Assembly: GCA_965602015.1 (NCBI GenBank)
Contig: OZ271918.1
Coordinates: forward strand, 3,488,001-3,552,000
Direction: 5' to 3'
DNA: 64,000 nt
From: Salinispira sp.
Lineage (GTDB): Bacteria; Spirochaetota; Spirochaetia; DSM-27196; Salinispiraceae
Shown: piece by piece, positions 39,016 through 49,216 of the stretch
How the letters are laid out: each line of letters starts with the position of its first letter
Numbering within the stretch: the first letter of the stretch is position 1
Program-made: the position numbers and the translations under genes
Notes under the pieces: generated by a model
Databases searched by the model: none
What the model saw: only the letters and a program-made list of their open reading frames with translations
Told to the model about the DNA's origin: nothing

Positions 39016-40562
39016 AGGGGTATGTTCCCGTGTTTTTTCGGCGGATTCGAGGCCCTTTTGGTGGACAGCATTTCCAGGGATCGGATAACCCGGAAGCGGG
39101 TCTTCGACGGCTCGATAATATCGTCGATGTATCCCCGCCTTGCAGCAGCATAGGGGGATGTGAATTCGCTGCGGTAGTATTCAATTTTTTCATCGAGAAG
39201 CGCCGCGGGATTATCGCTCTCTTTTATTTCCTTGGAAAAAATGATCTCCGCGGCTCCCTCGGCGCCCATCACGGCAATTTCCGCGCTGGGCCAGGCGAAG
39301 TTGATGTCGCCTCCGATGTGTTTGGAGCTCATCACGTCGTACGCGCCACCGTAGGCTTTGCGGGTTATAACCGTCACCTTGGGCACCGTCGCCTCGGAAA
39401 ATGCGTAGAGCAGCTTGGCCCCGTGGGTGATAATTCCGCCGTATTCCTGCACGGTGCCCGGCAGGAAGCCCGGAACGTCGACGAAGGTGAGGATTGGAAT
39501 ATTGAATGCGTCGCAGAAGCGGACAAATCTGGCGGCCTTGCGGCTTGAGTTGATGTCCAGGACCCCGGCGAGGACCTTGGGCTGATTGGCTACAATGCCT
39601 ACCGACCTGCCGTTCATTCTGGCGAAACCGGTAATAATGTTCGCCGCGTAGAGCCGTTGGATTTCCAGAAACTCGCCGTCATCCACCACTTCTGTTATAA
39701 CGTCTTTCATGTCGTAGGCGATATTCGCCGATTCGGGGATGATGGCGTTTAACGCATCGCTCTCCCGGTGTTCCGGATCGTTACTGGGAACAAGGGGCGT
39801 CTCATTGAGATTGTTCTGCGGAATGTAGCTCACCAGTTTCCGGATAAGCAAGAGGGCTTCCTCTTCGCTTTCCGCCGCAAAGTGGGCATTGCCGCTTTTG
39901 GTAGAATTTACCATGGCTCCGCCGAGCCCCTCGGTATCCACATCCTCATTGGTCACCGACTTCACCACCTTCGGCCCGGTAATAAACATGTAGCTGGAAT
40001 CTTTCACCATCACCGTGAAATCCGTCATGGCGGGGGAGTACACCGCACCACCGGCGCAGGGCCCAAGGATGGCTGAAATTTGGGGCACCACCCCCGACGC
40101 CCGGACGTTGCGGTGAAAAATTTCCGCATAACCCGCCAGGCTTTCGATGCCCTCCTGAATACGGGCGCCTCCCGAGTCATTCAGTCCAATTACCGGTGCG
40201 CCGACCTTCATGGCCATATCCATGATTTTCGTGATCTTTTCCGCAAAAGTTTCTGAAAGAGAGCCGCCGAAGACGGTGAAATCCTGGGAGAACACAAACA
40301 CCTGCCGCTCATCAATTGTGCCGTATCCGGTAATCACCCCGTCAGAGGGGAACTGTTTGTCTTCCAGGCCGAAATTATGGCAGCGGTGCTCCTTGAGAAT
40401 ATCGAACTCCTCAAAGCTTCCCTCGTCCAGCAGGATTAATAGTCGCTCACGGGCGGTGAGCTTGCCCTTGGCGTGCTGGGCGTCGATGCGCTTCTGGCCT
40501 CCGCCCAATGCGGCCTGCTCTTTTTTTTCCCGGAGCCGTAGTATTTGTTCGCGGTCAGCCAT
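39012..40562 (-). CDS. mmdA: Methylmalonyl-CoA decarboxylase alpha / acyl-CoA carboxyltransferase
   Basis: [37 protein letters not shown]. The real start is ATG 40562. Confidence 0.92.
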   Translation of the reverse strand: MADREQILRLREKKEQAALGGGQKRIDAQHAKGKLTARERLLILLDEGSFEEFDILKEHRCHNFGLEDKQFPSDGVITGYGTIDERQVFVFSQDFTVFGGSLSETFAEKITKIMDMAMKVGAPVIGLNDSGGARIQEGIESLAGYAEIFHRNVRASGVVPQISAILGPCAGGAVYSPAMTDFTVMVKDSSYMFITGPKVVKSVTNEDVDTEGLGGAMVNSTKSGNAHFAAESEEEALLLIRKLVSYIPQNNLNETPLVPSNDPEHRESDALNAIIPESANIAYDMKDVITEVVDDGEFLEIQRLYAANIITGFARMNGRSVGIVANQPKVLAGVLDINSSRKAARFVRFCDAFNIPILTFVDVPGFLPGTVQEYGGIITHGAKLLYAFSEATVPKVTVITRKAYGGAYDVMSSKHIGGDINFAWPSAEIAVMGAEGAAEIIFSKEIKESDNPAALLDEKIEYYRSEFTSPYAAARRGYIDDIIEPSKTRFRVIRSLEMLSTKRASNPPKKHGNIPL

Positions 40563-41085
40563 TCTGTCCCTCCTCTGTACCCTCCTCTGTACCCTCCTCT
40601 GTACCCTCAGCTGTGGCTGCCTCTGGGCCGGCCGGGGCGGTACGCGATCCTGTGGCATGCACGGCTTCTCCCGAGGCATGGGATTTTTTCGGCTCGCAGA
40701 GCTCGGTGAGAACCCCGTGGGTCGATTTGGGGTGAGCAAAGGCAATAGTATTTCCATGGGCGCCCGGACGGGGTTCTTCGTCGATCATCCGGATACCCCG
40801 GTCTTTCATGTGATTCATATCGTTTTCCAGATCGCCGCTCCGGTATGCGATGTGGTGTATCCCTTCGCCCCGTTTTTCAATAAAGGCCGCAACGCTGCTG
40901 TCCGGCCCCGTTGGTTCCAGCAGCTCGATGCGCGTTCCACCCGCTGAAAAGAATGCCACCCGCACTTTCTGATCTTCAACGGTTTCGCTCCCTTCGAAAT
41001 AAAGCCCCAACACATCCCGGTAAAACGGAATCTGGTCATCGAGGGATTTGCACGCGATGGCGATGTGATCCACTCCCTGTATCAT
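40555..41085 (-). CDS. mce: Methylmalonyl-CoA epimerase with C-terminal extension
   Basis: [35 protein letters not shown]. Confidence 0.9.
   Translation of the reverse strand: MIQGVDHIAIACKSLDDQIPFYRDVLGLYFEGSETVEDQKVRVAFFSAGGTRIELLEPTGPDSSVAAFIEKRGEGIHHIAYRSGDLENDMNHMKDRGIRMIDEEPRPGAHGNTIAFAHPKSTHGVLTELCEPKKSHASGEAVHATGSRTAPAGPEAATAEGTEEGTEEGTEEGQNG
40568..40608 (-). repeat. 12-bp tandem repeat (~3.4 copies) containing a Shine-Dalgarno sequence
   Basis: Plus strand (CCCTCCTCTGTA)x3 + CCCTC. Each full unit contains GAGGAGG on the minus strand. Confidence 0.95.
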
Positions 41086-41996
41086 AGGTCCTCCCATATT
41101 CGCCTGATCTTTTTTCCGATGCCGTCGGCCAACTCGTAGGGCGAGACCCCGGAACTCAACGCCTTATCCAGAGCCTCGGCGCCGTCTTTTGATTCGAGGA
41201 TGTCGTTGAGAATTTCTTCAATGAGCCTGGCGGCGACGTGACGGTTTCGGCTTTCGAAAACCCCATGGGCTTCGTGACCCGCCAGGCTGACTTCCAGCAC
41301 CGCCTGCACAAGGTCATCGATATTGGTGCCGCTCAGGCTGTCCACCTGAAAAAGATGATCGTTGTTTTTGAGATATCCGCTCTGTAGCAGCTGCCTGACG
41401 GTTCGGCCCGGCGGGTTGACGTCTATTTTATTCAGGACGAAGTAGTCAGCGACTTCCATGATTCCCGCCTTGAGGAACTGGATTTCATCACCCATGCCCT
41501 CTACCATGATAAGAAAGACTGTATGGGCCACATCCCGTATTTCGATCTCGTTCTGGCCGACGCCCACCGATTCTACCAGAATGATGTCGTAGCCTGCGGC
41601 GGCATATAAATCGGTGATGTCGATAATTGATCGGGACAGGCCGCCCAGGTCGCCCCGGCTTGCAATGCTGCGGAAAAAAACCCGGTTCATGTCCCAGTCG
41701 TCGGCCATTCGAACCCGGTCGCCGAGGAATGCGCCGCCGCTGAACCGGCTCGACGGATCAACCGCCGCCACGGCTATTCTGAGGTCTTTTGCGGCGAGCC
41801 GACCGATGAGGGCGTTTATGCAGGTGCTTTTTCCCGCTCCGGGTGCGCCGGTTATGCCGATTACCGGCGTGCGCCTTGTGCCGTTGTGACGGTGAACCGC
41901 ATCCATCAGCTGAACATAACCGGCCTTCCGGTTTTCCACCACGGAAATGGCCTTGGCCAGGGCGAAGGTATCCCCCTCGATTATCTGATCTATCAC
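41082..41996 (-). CDS. meaB: Methylmalonyl-CoA mutase-associated GTPase
   Basis: GITGAPGAGKST, AVDPSSRFSGGAFLGDRVRM, ESVGVGQ, KAGIME. GTG start at 41996. Confidence 0.92.
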   Translation of the reverse strand: MIDQIIEGDTFALAKAISVVENRKAGYVQLMDAVHRHNGTRRTPVIGITGAPGAGKSTCINALIGRLAAKDLRIAVAAVDPSSRFSGGAFLGDRVRMADDWDMNRVFFRSIASRGDLGGLSRSIIDITDLYAAAGYDIILVESVGVGQNEIEIRDVAHTVFLIMVEGMGDEIQFLKAGIMEVADYFVLNKIDVNPPGRTVRQLLQSGYLKNNDHLFQVDSLSGTNIDDLVQAVLEVSLAGHEAHGVFESRNRHVAARLIEEILNDILESKDGAEALDKALSSGVSPYELADGIGKKIRRIWEDL

Positions 41997-41997
41997 G

Positions 41998-42402
41998 TCA
42001 GCCGACTTCCTGTCCGATTCGGTCTTCGATAAATCGCGCCACTTCACCCAGATTCGACCCGGGCTGGAAAATTCCCGCAATGCCGAAGGATTTGAGCTCG
42101 GGTATATCGTCATCGGGGATCACCCCGCCGCCGAAAACAAGGATGTTTTCCATGTGGCGGGTTTTCAACTCCTCCATTACCTGACGAAACAGGGTCAGAT
42201 GCCCGCCGGAAAGACTGCTCAAACCCACCACGTCGACATCTTCCTGCAGGGCGATATCCGCGATGGTCGCCGGGGTTTTTCGTATGCCCGTGTAGATCAC
42301 TTCCATCCCGTGGTCCATGAGATATTTGGCTACAACCTTCGCTCCCCGGTCATGACCGTCCAGGCCGGGCTTTGCTATCAGCACTTTTATTTTTCTCGCC
42401 AC
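41998..42402 (-). CDS. Methylmalonyl-CoA mutase, cobalamin-binding subunit
   Basis: KPGLDGHDRG (DxHxxG), VGLSSL, GGGVIP. Confidence 0.95.
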   Translation of the reverse strand: MARKIKVLIAKPGLDGHDRGAKVVAKYLMDHGMEVIYTGIRKTPATIADIALQEDVDVVGLSSLSGGHLTLFRQVMEELKTRHMENILVFGGGVIPDDDIPELKSFGIAGIFQPGSNLGEVARFIEDRIGQEVG

Positions 42403-42426
42403 AGATGACTCCTTTGCCGGCAGATA

Positions 42427-44067
42427 TTACAGAACGACATTTTCCCGGTATTCTCCGAACACGTCCTTGAGTACTCCGACGATTTCGCCCAGGGTGACGT
42501 AGGACCGGGCCGCTTCGACGAACAAGGGCATGAGGTTATCGCTGCCCTCGGCGCATTTTCTGATATCAGCGAGAATCGTATTTACCCGCTCGGCATCCCT
42601 ACCGGCTTTGACTTCGGCAAGCCGCCGAATCTGCTTCTTTTCGACTTCCGGGTCAACCCGGTGAAGACCCTTCGGGGAAGTCTCTTCGATCTGGAATTTA
42701 TTAACGCCGACGATTATCCGCTGGCCGGATTCTATATCTTTCTGGTACTCGTACGCGCTGTTTTGAATTTCCCGTTGGGGCCAGCCTTCTTCGATTGCCC
42801 TGACCATGCCACCCATGTTGTCCACCGTCTCAATGTAGCCCATGGCGCGTTCTTCGATGTCGTCGGTGAGGGATTCGATGTAATAGGAGCCCGCCAACGG
42901 ATCGATGGTGCCGGTGACGCCGCTTTCCTCCGCGACGATCTGCTGGGTCCGCAGCGCGATGCGGACGCTCTCTTCGGTCGGCAGCGCCAGGGCTTCGTCC
43001 CGGGAGTTGGTGTGAAGGCTCTGGGTGCCTCCGAGCACCGCCGCCAGGGTCTGAATGGTGACCCGCACAATGTTGTTGTCCGGCTGCTGGGCGGTTAAGG
43101 TGGATCCGGCGGTCTGAGTGTGAAAGCGGAGCATCATCGACTTGTCCTTTTTGGCCCCGAAGCGCTCCTTCATTATTTTTGCCCAGAGCCGGCGGGCAGC
43201 CCGGTATTTCGCTACCTCTTCCAGCATATCGTTGTGGGCATTAAAGAAGAAGGAGAGCCGGGGGGCGAAACTGTCCACATCAAGCCCGGCTTTAATGGCC
43301 GCCTCCACGTAGGCTATGCCGTCCGCCAGGGTGAGCCCCACTTCCTGAGCCGCGGTGGAACCGGCTTCCCTGATGTGGTAACCGGAAATTGAGATGGTAT
43401 TCCAACCGGGAACTTCGCGGCTACAGTAGGCGAACAGGTCGGTGGTCAGACGCATGGAGGGCCCCGGAGGGAAAATGTAGGTGCCCCGGGCTATGTACTC
43501 TTTTAATATGTCGTTCTGAACAGTTCCCTTGAGGGCGTCCGGGGAAATCCCCCGTTTTTCCGCCAGTGCGATGTAAAAGGCCAGCAGGATGCTGGCCGTC
43601 GCGTTGGCGGTTACCGAGGTCGATATTTCATCCAGGGGAATGCCGTCGAATAAGCGCTCGAAATCCGCAAGGCTGTCTACGGCGACGCCGACCTTGCCGA
43701 CTTCTCCGGCCGCGATGGGATCATCGCTGTCAAACCCGATTTGGGTGGGCAGATCCATGGCGATCGAAAGGCCGTTCTGACCCTGGGAGAGAAGATATTT
43801 ATACCGTTTATTGGATTCGTCGGCGTCGCCGAAGCCCGCGTACTGGCGCATGGTCCACAAGCGGCCGCGGTACATAGTCGGCTGAACGCCCCGGGTGTAG
43901 GGATACTCGCCGGGAAAGCCCAGCCCTTCATCGGCGGGGTCCGGGCTGTAGAGCGCGTGAATGTCGCTGCCCGAACCGCTGGCGAAGCGCTTCTTCCGTT
44001 CGCCGAAGCGTTCCACCGCCTTGCCGTAGACATCACTCAACCATCGGGAAAAACTCCGGTCTGCCAT
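42427..44067 (-). CDS. Methylmalonyl-CoA mutase, substrate-binding (large) subunit
   Basis: [40 protein letters not shown]. Confidence 0.95.
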   Translation of the reverse strand: MADRSFSRWLSDVYGKAVERFGERKKRFASGSGSDIHALYSPDPADEGLGFPGEYPYTRGVQPTMYRGRLWTMRQYAGFGDADESNKRYKYLLSQGQNGLSIAMDLPTQIGFDSDDPIAAGEVGKVGVAVDSLADFERLFDGIPLDEISTSVTANATASILLAFYIALAEKRGISPDALKGTVQNDILKEYIARGTYIFPPGPSMRLTTDLFAYCSREVPGWNTISISGYHIREAGSTAAQEVGLTLADGIAYVEAAIKAGLDVDSFAPRLSFFFNAHNDMLEEVAKYRAARRLWAKIMKERFGAKKDKSMMLRFHTQTAGSTLTAQQPDNNIVRVTIQTLAAVLGGTQSLHTNSRDEALALPTEESVRIALRTQQIVAEESGVTGTIDPLAGSYYIESLTDDIEERAMGYIETVDNMGGMVRAIEEGWPQREIQNSAYEYQKDIESGQRIIVGVNKFQIEETSPKGLHRVDPEVEKKQIRRLAEVKAGRDAERVNTILADIRKCAEGSDNLMPLFVEAARSYVTLGEIVGVLKDVFGEYRENVVL

Positions 44068-44178
44068 AGGTCCCCCATCCGCCGGGGAACCAAAACGTAC
44101 TCCCGGTCCCGGCGTATGAACTCATCTTAACAGCAGTTTCGTGAGTTGAGTACCGTGAAATTGTAATGAATTTTCCGC

Positions 44179-45063
44179 TTATATAGCGCTCAGGCTTTCT
44201 GCGATTTCCCGGATATATTCCGGACCGAAACCGCAGCATCCGCCGACTATTCGGGCTCCCCGGCGAACCCAGCCGAGAACCATCTCCCGGTAATCCGGGC
44301 AGCTTACTCCTTCGTCTATGGGGTTGAGCCCCCCCTTGAGGGTGAAATCCGGCCTGACCTGGGTGAATCGGTTGGCATATGCGCCGTATCGCAGCCCCGA
44401 TCCTTCGAGGGACTCAGCCAAGGCATCCAGGGCTGCGTCGATTTCATGGGGCGTTGAGCAGTTAATGAGCACTGCAGACGCCCCCATTTCACTGCAGACC
44501 CCGGCGGCCTCCGCCAGGCTTTCGCCGCTTCTGAGGCGGCCGTTCCCCGAAACCGTGAAACTGATCCAGGTTTCGATTCGCTGTTCTCCCGTATTGGCGA
44601 GAATCGAGCGTGCTTCTGAAACCGTCGAGAGGGTTTCCCCCAGGAGTATGTCTGCGCCTGCCTCCGCTGCGCTGTGAATAAGCTGCGGGTATTCCACAGC
44701 CATCTGCCGCTCATCGACCAGATCCGGTCGATATGACTCGTTCAGCGGAGGTATGCTGGCGGCGATTCGCACGTCCCTGCGGCCCAATACCCGCCGGGCC
44801 TGATGAGCCAGGGCGTAGGAGGCCTTGAGCAGCTCCTCCTTCTGATCCATCAGCCCCGCCATAGTGAGGTAATAGTCCGTGAGGGCATAGCCGTTTGTGG
44901 TAATGACCTGAGAACCCGCACGGATGAAATTCTCATGGGCTTTTTGAATGAGATCCGGCCTGCTCAGAAAGGCCCGGGCCGACCACAGAGGGGCGTCCAG
45001 AGAGACACCCAGTTCGCTGAGGGCCCTGCCCATGCCCCCGTCAAGCAAGGTGACACCGCTCAT
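44179..45063 (-). CDS. Homocysteine S-methyltransferase family protein
   Basis: LLDGGMG, INCS, GGCCG Zn ligands. Confidence 0.9.
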   Translation of the reverse strand: MSGVTLLDGGMGRALSELGVSLDAPLWSARAFLSRPDLIQKAHENFIRAGSQVITTNGYALTDYYLTMAGLMDQKEELLKASYALAHQARRVLGRRDVRIAASIPPLNESYRPDLVDERQMAVEYPQLIHSAAEAGADILLGETLSTVSEARSILANTGEQRIETWISFTVSGNGRLRSGESLAEAAGVCSEMGASAVLINCSTPHEIDAALDALAESLEGSGLRYGAYANRFTQVRPDFTLKGGLNPIDEGVSCPDYREMVLGWVRRGARIVGGCCGFGPEYIREIAESLSAI

Positions 45064-45096
45064 TGGGTCCGCCTCATGGGATTCTCCATGCGGACT

Positions 45097-45693
45097 TCAG
45101 AACCATTGGGATACCGGCGTAATCGAGGGTTTGTATATCATCAAGGCGAATACTACAAGCAGGGGGATGACCCCGGCAAGGGAAATTAACAGGCGAAGTT
45201 TTAACAAGCGCAGCAGTTCCGGGGGTAATTCTTCGGAGAAGCCCTCCCGGTCACCCATCATACGCTTCACCCGGTATTGAGTCGGAATATCCCCGATTAC
45301 CCATATGAGACCTGAAAAAAGAAACAGCAGGAAGCCCAGCGACAGCCATCCGACATCCCAAATACTCCCCTTACTGATGCTGAGCATGATTCCCGCAGCA
45401 GTCGAGATAATAATCAGGGGAGATGAGAAACGGGCGTCGAGCCATGTCACGGTGCGGTAGGTGTACAGCACCGTATCTGAGCTGCCGGAGGCCAGGCTCC
45501 GGGTCTCCCAAAGGATGCCGACCACCGCATTCGCGAAAAATAGACTGGCAGAAAGGATGTGAATGAACAGCAGATGGCCGTAGATATCCCGGCGGTTGAG
45601 CACTTCCATGAGGGCTGCGGGAAACATCAGTGCGAAAAGTATCATCCCGGCCATGGTAATGAGAAAAAAAATGAGTATGGATTTCGACTTCAT
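45097..45693 (-). CDS. DUF2269-like membrane protein
   Basis: LFIHILSA near the N-terminus, C-terminal LMIYKP, about five TMs. Confidence 0.65.
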   Translation of the reverse strand: MKSKSILIFFLITMAGMILFALMFPAALMEVLNRRDIYGHLLFIHILSASLFFANAVVGILWETRSLASGSSDTVLYTYRTVTWLDARFSSPLIIISTAAGIMLSISKGSIWDVGWLSLGFLLFLFSGLIWVIGDIPTQYRVKRMMGDREGFSEELPPELLRLLKLRLLISLAGVIPLLVVFALMIYKPSITPVSQWF

Positions 45694-45715
45694 GCTTTCC
45701 TCCGGGTCGGCGAAT

Positions 45716-46507
45716 CTATTTCAGAAGGAACGACAGGGGCACCTCGAGTCTCCGGCGCCAGGCTTTCTCCGAATGGTCGGCTGCTTCGAAGCGGTGGCTG
45801 ATAAAATCCTCGCCGAACTTCCATCCGCTTGCAATAAGATGCTCGTCTACCCGGTTTTGATAGGGCTCATATTCCGCATCAAGATCTTCTGTGCCGAAAT
45901 CGAAGTAAATTCGATGGTTTCCCGGTGCGGGAAGGCGGGGCAGGAAATACTCGACTGTGGGATCATCGGCTGCGCTCCAGTGGGTGGAAAGACAGCCGGC
46001 TCCTTCAAAGCGCTCCGGGTATTCGGTCAGCAGCTCAAGGGATATAAGGCCGCCCATGCTCGAGCCAATGGTGTAGACCGCTGAGTCGGCATCTTCCATT
46101 TCGAGGTGAGCCAATGCGGCGGGAATTGCCCTTTCTACCAGCCATGCCGAATAAATATCTGAAACCGGCTTTTCTGTTTTGGAATGCTCACGGGACAGTT
46201 CAGCCCACAGCGGATCGCCCAACGGCCGGATGAGGGGCATGTACTCCGAGAATCTGGCATTCCCCCCGTTCCAGACTCCCAATACGGCTGTCGGGCGGAT
46301 GGCTTCGAGGGAGGAAAGCCGCTTGAGTGCGGGCGCTATTCCCCAGATGCCGTCGAAGGAATCCTTCTCGAAAAAAAGATTCTGTCCGTCGTGCATGACC
46401 AGCAGGGTCTTGCGCTTCGAATCGCGCCAGTTATCGGGTTTCCAGATCTGTAAGGGCCTCGGCCGGAGCTCGGCGGGAAAATCGATGGTAAGCTCGCTTA
46501 CATCCAT
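45716..46507 (-). CDS. Alpha/beta hydrolase-fold esterase
   Basis: MHDGQNLF, GSSMGG, HSEKAWRRR. Confidence 0.88.
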   Translation of the reverse strand: MDVSELTIDFPAELRPRPLQIWKPDNWRDSKRKTLLVMHDGQNLFFEKDSFDGIWGIAPALKRLSSLEAIRPTAVLGVWNGGNARFSEYMPLIRPLGDPLWAELSREHSKTEKPVSDIYSAWLVERAIPAALAHLEMEDADSAVYTIGSSMGGLISLELLTEYPERFEGAGCLSTHWSAADDPTVEYFLPRLPAPGNHRIYFDFGTEDLDAEYEPYQNRVDEHLIASGWKFGEDFISHRFEAADHSEKAWRRRLEVPLSFLLK

Positions 46508-46604
46508 GGTCTCTCCTTTTATGCCCGCATCCGTCCATGCTAGCGGGGTCCACAGCCGAAGGCATTGGCAAAAATACTATTCCCAATCCTCCGGGCTGTC
46601 CAGC

Positions 46605-46640
46605 CGGTTCCGTCGGTTCGTACGGTTCGTACGGCTCCGC
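46605..46640. repeat. Degenerate 9-bp tandem repeat (4 copies) in a divergent intergenic region
   Basis: CGGTTCCGT CGGTTCGTA CGGTTCGTA CGGCTCCGC. Confidence 0.7.
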
Positions 46641-46685
46641 CTCTTCAAGCTGAGCCCATCCCATATGGTCTCCCCAGCTGAGTTC

Positions 46686-46694
46686 TGCTATAAT
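46686..46694 (+). promoter_or_regulatory. Extended -10 promoter of the S1 gene
   Basis: TGcTATAAT, 37 nt before ATG 46731. Confidence 0.65.
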
Positions 46695-46730
46695 GCCGGC
46701 ACATTTCAGAAGCTAGTTGAGGAAGCGATT

Positions 46731-47900
46731 ATGAGCGGCGAAAAGCAGGGTATGGGCGAAGAGAATTTCGCGGAGATGTTCGAGCAGAGCATGCAGGAAG
46801 TGGGGCGTTATGAGCCCGGCCAGATGGTAGAGACTTCTGTGGTTTCGGTCTCCGGCGGCGCCGTATTCCTCGAACTCGGCGGAAAAAGCGAGGGAGTACT
46901 CGATGCCGACGAACTGCTCGGTGAAGACGGACAGGTCACGGTGCAGGCCGGCGACCAGATCCGGGCGTACTTCGTCGCCGCGAAAAACGGTGAGCTTCAC
47001 TTTACCACCAAAATCAGCGGTGACCGGGCCGGCAGGGAAATGCTTCAGAACGCCTATCAGGCCGGGGTGCCGGTTGAAGGCAATGTTGATAAAGAGATTA
47101 AGGGCGGTTTTGAAGTAAAGGTCGGTGAAACCCGAGCCTTCTGTCCGTTCTCTCAAATGGGTCTGCAGAGGATCGATGACCCCGCCCAATGGGTCGGAAA
47201 AACCCTGACCTTCAAAATAATTGAATATAAAGAAGAAGGTCGAAATGTTCTTGTCTCCCACCGCGTCATATTGGAAGAAGAGCGGCAGCAGCAGATTGAA
47301 AAACTTAAATCAAGTCTCGAAGAGGGTATGACCGTCAGGGGAACTGTTGTCTCGCTCAGGGATTTTGGCGCCTTCGTAGACCTTCAGGGGATACAGGCTC
47401 TGCTTCCGGTCTCGGAAATCAGCAGGAGCCGGATCGATAAGGTCAGTGATACGTTGACCGTCGGTCAGGATATTGATGCGCAAGTCCTGAGCATCGATTG
47501 GGACCGGGAACGAATCTCACTCAGCCTCAAGGCCTTGCAAGCCGATCCCTGGGATGATGCGGAATCGAAATACCCCAGGGGATCAGAACACCAGGGAACC
47601 GTTGTGCGGCTGACGGATTTCGGCGCCTTTGTCAGCCTTGAACCGGGACTCGACGGGCTTATCCATGTATCTGAATTACGGGGAGACGGCGGCAGGGTGA
47701 ATCCCCGGAATGTGCTTTCGAAAGGCGAAGAAATCAGCGTGCGCATCAACTCCGTGGATACCGAAAGTCAGAGAATTTCCCTCAAGCCGGCATCCGTCGC
47801 AGCTGAGGAAGAAGGCATTTCAGATTATCTGGGCAGCGCAGATGACGGTGGCGGTCACAACCCCTTTGCCCAGTTTATGAAGGAAAAGAAGAAAAAGTAA
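46731..47900 (+). CDS. Ribosomal protein S1-like protein (four S1 domains)
   Basis: GGKSEG, KGGFEV, DFGAFVDL, DFGAFVSL..GLDGLIHVSEL. ATG 46731 after GAGGA; the listed upstream extension is antisense to the esterase gene. Confidence 0.88.
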   Translation: MSGEKQGMGEENFAEMFEQSMQEVGRYEPGQMVETSVVSVSGGAVFLELGGKSEGVLDADELLGEDGQVTVQAGDQIRAYFVAAKNGELHFTTKISGDRAGREMLQNAYQAGVPVEGNVDKEIKGGFEVKVGETRAFCPFSQMGLQRIDDPAQWVGKTLTFKIIEYKEEGRNVLVSHRVILEEERQQQIEKLKSSLEEGMTVRGTVVSLRDFGAFVDLQGIQALLPVSEISRSRIDKVSDTLTVGQDIDAQVLSIDWDRERISLSLKALQADPWDDAESKYPRGSEHQGTVVRLTDFGAFVSLEPGLDGLIHVSELRGDGGRVNPRNVLSKGEEISVRINSVDTESQRISLKPASVAAEEEGISDYLGSADDGGGHNPFAQFMKEKKKK

Positions 47901-48645
47901 TATCGCCGATAAACTTTCTCCCGCCGCAGAGTTGTTCGTGCTCTTCGGCGATGACTTCCAGAATCGATGAGGGAGCGTCTGCAGCGACAGACATCTCAGG
48001 AATTCGCGGTTCCACAAGTTGCAGGATATCGGCGCTGAGGTCCACGAATGCATCGATGTGCCGGGGAAGCAGGTAAATTCCCGGTACATCGAATTCTCGT
48101 CCGGCATTGTAGAAGTCCTTTATTTCCCGCTGCTTTTCTGCAATGTTCTGCTGAGGGTAGATGTCCAGGGCATCGATCTCGTACCGGGACTCCATAAACA
48201 CCCTCCAGACAGGCCATTCGGGATTTTCTTCCAAAAACTTGAAATCCGCAGCATACCAATCCTTTTTCACTTCCCAAATGAATAACGGATCCTTGTACTC
48301 CTCGCTGAAGCGGGCAACAGTAGGGTGATGGATAAAAAAACCCCAGAGCGAATCGACGATAAGATGATGAAAATATCCCTTGAGGAAGGAGAATAATTTC
48401 TCTTTCGCAGGGTCAGCCTTGGCAAGGTAGTCCCTGATGAATTTGCCGTCCTCCGCATCCCAGATGTTCGCCCCCCGTTTCCGGAAATGCACCAGGTTCC
48501 CGTCCGGGCTATACGTGAGCTTGTCGTCATTGAGCTTTCCCGAATCCGGTGCGAGGTTCCCAATAAGGTAGTAAGGAAAGTCAGGTATTTCCGCCTTCTG
48601 CGCGTAGGCTTCGGCGATGCGAAGATGGGTGATCCAAGTGGCCAT
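47875..48645 (-). CDS. Zinc-dependent phospholipase C family protein
   Basis: N-terminal WITHLRIA, GNLAPD, GYFHHLIVD. Confidence 0.75.
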   Translation of the reverse strand: MATWITHLRIAEAYAQKAEIPDFPYYLIGNLAPDSGKLNDDKLTYSPDGNLVHFRKRGANIWDAEDGKFIRDYLAKADPAKEKLFSFLKGYFHHLIVDSLWGFFIHHPTVARFSEEYKDPLFIWEVKKDWYAADFKFLEENPEWPVWRVFMESRYEIDALDIYPQQNIAEKQREIKDFYNAGREFDVPGIYLLPRHIDAFVDLSADILQLVEPRIPEMSVAADAPSSILEVIAEEHEQLCGGRKFIGDITFSSFPS

Positions 48646-48654
48646 GTGCCGCTC

Positions 48655-49167
48655 CTATTGCCGTCTCGAGGGTCGGGTTTTGACGATTCTCTGATAAATC
48701 ATGTTGTTTGGTATGTGAACCAGTCTGCGATCCTCATCGAGGAGTATCACGAAGAAGCCGTTAATATCCTTGACCCTGCCGCTTATCCCTTCGGGGAGTA
48801 TTTCGATTTCATCGTCGATCTTGAACGGCCGGTAAAAAAACAGCATGACCCCGGCGAAAATATTGCTCAGTATGCTCCATACGGCAAAAAACCCGATGGC
48901 AATCAGGCCCAGGAATCCGGCAATAGAAACCCAGGCATTTTCGAAGGATACTCCCCAGACTACAATCAGGGAGAGCAGGGCCGCGAGGTGAAGCACCACA
49001 GTTTTGGTCTTATGCATCGCCAGGTTACGGGTTTGGGACATTTGATTCTTTTGGACGAAGGAGTCGATGGCCCGCTGACTGAGTTTTTGCATCAATAGGT
49101 CGATGAGGATAACCCCAGCGGATAGAAGGAGCTGGATTACGAGGGTTGTACTAATAAAGTCATTCAT
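48655..49167 (-). CDS. Small MscS-family mechanosensitive channel protein
   Basis: LSNIFAG...RPFKIDD..G.SGRV...HIPNN. Confidence 0.85.
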   Translation of the reverse strand: MNDFISTTLVIQLLLSAGVILIDLLMQKLSQRAIDSFVQKNQMSQTRNLAMHKTKTVVLHLAALLSLIVVWGVSFENAWVSIAGFLGLIAIGFFAVWSILSNIFAGVMLFFYRPFKIDDEIEILPEGISGRVKDINGFFVILLDEDRRLVHIPNNMIYQRIVKTRPSRRQ

Positions 49168-49216
49168 AACGTAAGTATACCAAATGCCGGCTCGCGGATC
49201 AGCGGATGGTCTCCCG

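Noticed and set aside
40563..40757. N-terminal extension of mmdA with (RVQR)n repeats in the ORF track
   Set aside because: It is an alternative frame of the epimerase tail. The SD-supported start is ATG 40562.
44068..44178. Cobalamin riboswitch before the B12-dependent mutase
   Set aside because: The intergenic region is only about 110 nt and no B12-box is recognisable.
40568..46640. CRISPR array at either tandem repeat
   Set aside because: The units are 9-12 bp, contiguous, without spacers, and there are no cas genes.
46179..46730. 184-aa N-terminal extension of the S1 protein
   Set aside because: It is antisense to the esterase gene and upstream of the promoter and SD at 46686-46730.
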